The position numbers were made by a program, and so were the translations under genes. Below the pieces are notes generated by a model. That model saw only the letters and a program-made list of their open reading frames with translations, was not told the origin of the DNA and did not search any database. Positions 45,119 to 47,532 of a DNA stretch of 47,532 nt are shown here, one piece after another; the stretch's first letter is position 1, and each line of letters begins with the position of its first letter. Origin of the DNA: Candidatus Nanohalalkaliarchaeum halalkaliphilum (GTDB lineage: Archaea > Nanohalarchaeota > Nanosalinia > Nanosalinales > Nanohalalkaliarchaeaceae); assembly GCA_022729315.1 (NCBI GenBank), contig JALDAF010000002.1:1-47532 (forward strand), written 5' to 3'.

Positions 45119-46336
45119 CTACTCGTACCGGAGCGCGTCCACCGGCTCCAGTCTGGCTGCCCGTTGCGCTGGTAGCACTCCGGATACCATCCCTGTAAGC
45201 GTGGAGAACACGAGAACTCCTGCAACAAGGGGCGGTGATACGGTCACGGTAATCGGGAGTGCAGCGTAGATGGTGACGAGGTATGCGATCGACATGCTGA
45301 TAGCATATCCGAAAACCAGGCCTATCCCTCCTCCAACCATTCCGATGACAGCTGCCTCCATCATGAAGATCGTAAGTATCTGTCGGTCCTCCGCACCCAC
45401 CGCCTTCATCACCCCAATCTCCCGCGTCCGCTCCGACACCGACGTAAACATCGTATTCATAATGCCCACACCCCCCACCAACAAACTGATAGACGCAATA
45501 CCCAACACAATCGCCTGCACCACACCAAGCACGTTACCAAACAGCTCCATCAAATCACCTGCTGTGGCCACAGTGAAGTCCTCCTCTCCCTCCGGGATGT
45601 TCCGGTCCTGCCGCAGCGCATGTTCGATAGGGTCCACGACATCGTCCGGTTCGAACCCAGGAGCAGTCTCCGCAATGATCCAGGTCAGTTCATCGTCCCG
45701 GTTCAGCAGATCACGTGCCCGGTCGATCTGCATAATCACTCCACGATCGTATTCCGGGTCTCCGGTTGGCGCCATCACACCAATCACCCGTACCTGTTCC
45801 CCGCGGACAGAAAGCTGGTTTCTGACACGGACCGGATGCTCGAAGGCGTTCTCAACCACCCGGTCTCCGATCAGGACATTGTTCCGGTCGTTCGCATGCA
45901 GGTTCCGACCATCCGCCACCTCGAACGCGTTCGCCTCCATCACCAGCTCCTGTGTATGGTCTGTCGGTATCCCGATCACGGGAAGGAGTTGTTCCTCACC
46001 ACGGAACGTGACCGGAACATAGTCGTAGAACATCCCTCCGGACTCAGCCACTCCCGGCACCCGTCGAACCGTTTCCACGTCCCGGTCCGCCAGTGTGGAC
46101 TCCATCTGCGCGATCATGCCCAACAGGTTCCCTCCCGGATAGATGTAAACCTTATCAGCTCCAAGCGCTTCCACTTCCTGGGCGATCGTATCCTCCAGTC
46201 CCTGTCCAAGCGAGATAAATGCGATGACCGCGGTGATCCCGATCACGATCCCGATAATCGTCAGGAATGACCGCTTCTTCTGGCTGGAAATGTTCCGTAC
46301 CGACACCATCGCGAATCGTCCATACATCGCTCTCAC
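45119..46336 (-). CDS. ABC transporter permease, MacB/FtsX type
   Basis: N-terminal TM helix, a large periplasmic-type domain, and a C-terminal FtsX-like 3-TM bundle (GIASISLLVGGVGIMNTM...REIGVMKAVGA). Confidence 0.85.
   Translation of the reverse strand: MRAMYGRFAMVSVRNISSQKKRSFLTIIGIVIGITAVIAFISLGQGLEDTIAQEVEALGADKVYIYPGGNLLGMIAQMESTLADRDVETVRRVPGVAESGGMFYDYVPVTFRGEEQLLPVIGIPTDHTQELVMEANAFEVADGRNLHANDRNNVLIGDRVVENAFEHPVRVRNQLSVRGEQVRVIGVMAPTGDPEYDRGVIMQIDRARDLLNRDDELTWIIAETAPGFEPDDVVDPIEHALRQDRNIPEGEEDFTVATAGDLMELFGNVLGVVQAIVLGIASISLLVGGVGIMNTMFTSVSERTREIGVMKAVGAEDRQILTIFMMEAAVIGMVGGGIGLVFGYAISMSIAYLVTIYAALPITVTVSPPLVAGVLVFSTLTGMVSGVLPAQRAARLEPVDALRYE
45362..45529. repeat. 168-bp tract 166/168 identical to 46576-46743 (copy A)
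   Basis: A direct comparison of the two stretches shows two mismatches. The flanking gene sequence is much more diverged. Confidence 0.9.
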
Positions 46337-47499
46337 TCCTCCCGTAACGCATCCACCGGATCCATCAATGCAGCTTTCCGGGCCGGCATAACCCCCGAGA
46401 TCATGCCGACCACTGCGGAGAACAGCAGCGCGCCGATCACCAGACCAGGGGTGATGGAGGCACCAACAGGGACCGCGGTAAACTGCTGTGCAACGTACAC
46501 TGCTCCCAGGCTGAGGCCGGCACCAAGGATCACACCGATGCTGCCGCCGATAACGCCGATGATCGCTGATTCAAACATGAAGATCGTAAGTATCTGCCGG
46601 TCCTCCGCACCCACCGCCTTCATCACCCCAATCTCCCGCGTCCGCTCCGACACCGACGTAAACATCGTATTCATAATACCCACACCCCCCACCAACAAAC
46701 TGATAGACGCAATACCCAACACAATCGCCTGCACCACACCAAGGATGCTGCGAAACGAGTCGAGGATGTCAGCCATTGCGAACACGGTGAAATCCTCCTC
46801 GCCCGCTGACTGTCCACGGTCACGGCGCATCTCCTCCTCGATACTGTCCACGACCTGTTCCGGTTCAGCACCTGGACGCGTCTGTGCCACGATCCGTGTC
46901 AGATCATCCTCCACATCGAACACCGTCCACATCTGGTCTCTCGGCATAAATATCACGTTCTCGAACTGTGGGCCTGACGGGTTGACGATGCCAACAACAC
47001 GGAAATCCCTGTCATTGATACGTATCGAATCCCGGATGCCGATCTCCCGTTCAAACGTGTTCTCAGCGACCTGCCTCGTTATCACGATATTGGTCCGGTC
47101 AGCCGCCCTGATATATCGTCCGTCCGCCATCCCGGCAGAGGTCACGTCCTGCACTATGTCCGCTGCTGCACCTGTAGGCATCCCCACAACGAGGACGACG
47201 GCAGGTTCCCCGCGATGTGTGACTGCTGTGCTGCGCTGGTAAAGCCCACCCGCAATTTCAACGCCATCCGCCCGCTCGACCACTCCGATATCATGTTCTG
47301 TCAGATCAGCAGAGATTATCTGCACCTTATCGGCACCGATGTCCTCGAACTCGCCGATGATGGCCTCCTCCATCCCCTGCCCGAGCGAGACCAGTGCCAC
47401 CACGGCCGCGATCCCGATGAAGATACCGATAACCGTCAACCACGACCGCCGTTTCTCATTGATGATGTTTGATGCAGCGAGACCCAGCTTGTCGTACAT
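46333..47499 (-). CDS. ABC transporter permease, MacB/FtsX type (tandem paralog)
   Basis: Same architecture as 45119-46336. Its stop overlaps the downstream start by 4 nt. Confidence 0.85.
   Translation of the reverse strand: MYDKLGLAASNIINEKRRSWLTVIGIFIGIAAVVALVSLGQGMEEAIIGEFEDIGADKVQIISADLTEHDIGVVERADGVEIAGGLYQRSTAVTHRGEPAVVLVVGMPTGAAADIVQDVTSAGMADGRYIRAADRTNIVITRQVAENTFEREIGIRDSIRINDRDFRVVGIVNPSGPQFENVIFMPRDQMWTVFDVEDDLTRIVAQTRPGAEPEQVVDSIEEEMRRDRGQSAGEEDFTVFAMADILDSFRSILGVVQAIVLGIASISLLVGGVGIMNTMFTSVSERTREIGVMKAVGAEDRQILTIFMFESAIIGVIGGSIGVILGAGLSLGAVYVAQQFTAVPVGASITPGLVIGALLFSAVVGMISGVMPARKAALMDPVDALREE
46576..46743. repeat. 168-bp tract 166/168 identical to 45362-45529 (copy B)
   Basis: See copy A. 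Confidence 0.9.
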
Positions 47500-47500
47500 A

Positions 47501-47532
47501 CTAGCCTCTCCGTCGTTTCCAGTACACGGTAC
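47501..47532 (-). CDS. 3' end of an upstream gene (probably the ABC ATPase partner); mostly outside the window
   Basis: An open minus-strand frame ends in TAG at 47501-47503 (..TVYWKRRRG*), 1 nt before the permease ATG. Identity is inferred only from the usual MacB-type operon order. Confidence 0.25.
   Translation of the reverse strand, partial: TVYWKRRRG

Noticed and set aside
1-47532. Search for tRNA, rRNA, transposase, integrase, toxin-antitoxin or known defence genes
   Set aside because: No T-arm/acceptor patterns appear in the gaps I examined by eye, and there are no rRNA-like stretches. No recombinase or transposase motifs appear in any ORF. By-eye screening cannot exclude small ncRNAs.

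Overview
This is a densely packed archaeal chromosomal segment, with about 50 genes in 47.5 kb, short gaps and many overlapping stop/start codons. The archaeal assignment rests on tRNA-splicing endonuclease EndA, Hel308, archaeal-type PheRS alpha/beta, GlyRS, TrpRS, TIM and NMNAT, class III (prepilin-like) signal peptides, and TATA-like boxes about 25-30 nt upstream of first-gene ATGs. Nearly all predicted proteins are strongly acidic, which indicates a salt-in halophile. Compactness plus many orphan acidic proteins would fit a small-genome halophile such as a nanohaloarchaeon, but that is inference only. Most of the content is housekeeping. It includes a glycolysis and sugar set (cupin-type PGI, TIM, class I GAPDH, PGK, PfkB kinase, PGM/PMM, TrmB regulator) and NAD metabolism (NMNAT, NadE, NAD(P)HX dehydratase). 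It also includes four aminoacyl-tRNA functions (GlyRS, TrpRS, PheRS alpha/beta, AlaX), NFACT, dTMP kinase, ScpB (partial), an AN1-rhomboid protease, a MinD-like ATPase and two tandem FtsX/MacB-type ABC permeases. I found no rRNA, tRNA, CRISPR array, transposase or integrase. The regions I consider worth a second look are these. (1) A four-gene prepilin-like operon headed by a LamG-domain protein, with no assembly genes nearby. (2) A 39-bp tandem repeat that reiterates the 3' end and stop codon of endA just upstream of that operon. (3) A translationally coupled metallophosphoesterase, unknown protein and minimal RNB exoribonuclease operon. (4) A tandem AstE/AspA-like pair in which the second copy has lost its central catalytic segment in frame. 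(5) An 89-bp hairpin-containing insertion between pheS and pheT, flanked by a duplicated pheS 3' end. (6) A 168-bp near-identical tract shared by otherwise diverged tandem permease genes. (7) A lower-GC patch beside minD holding an orphan gene and an apparently frameshifted small gene. (8) Two unusually long ORF-free gaps. All functional calls come from reading motifs in the translations. No database search was run.
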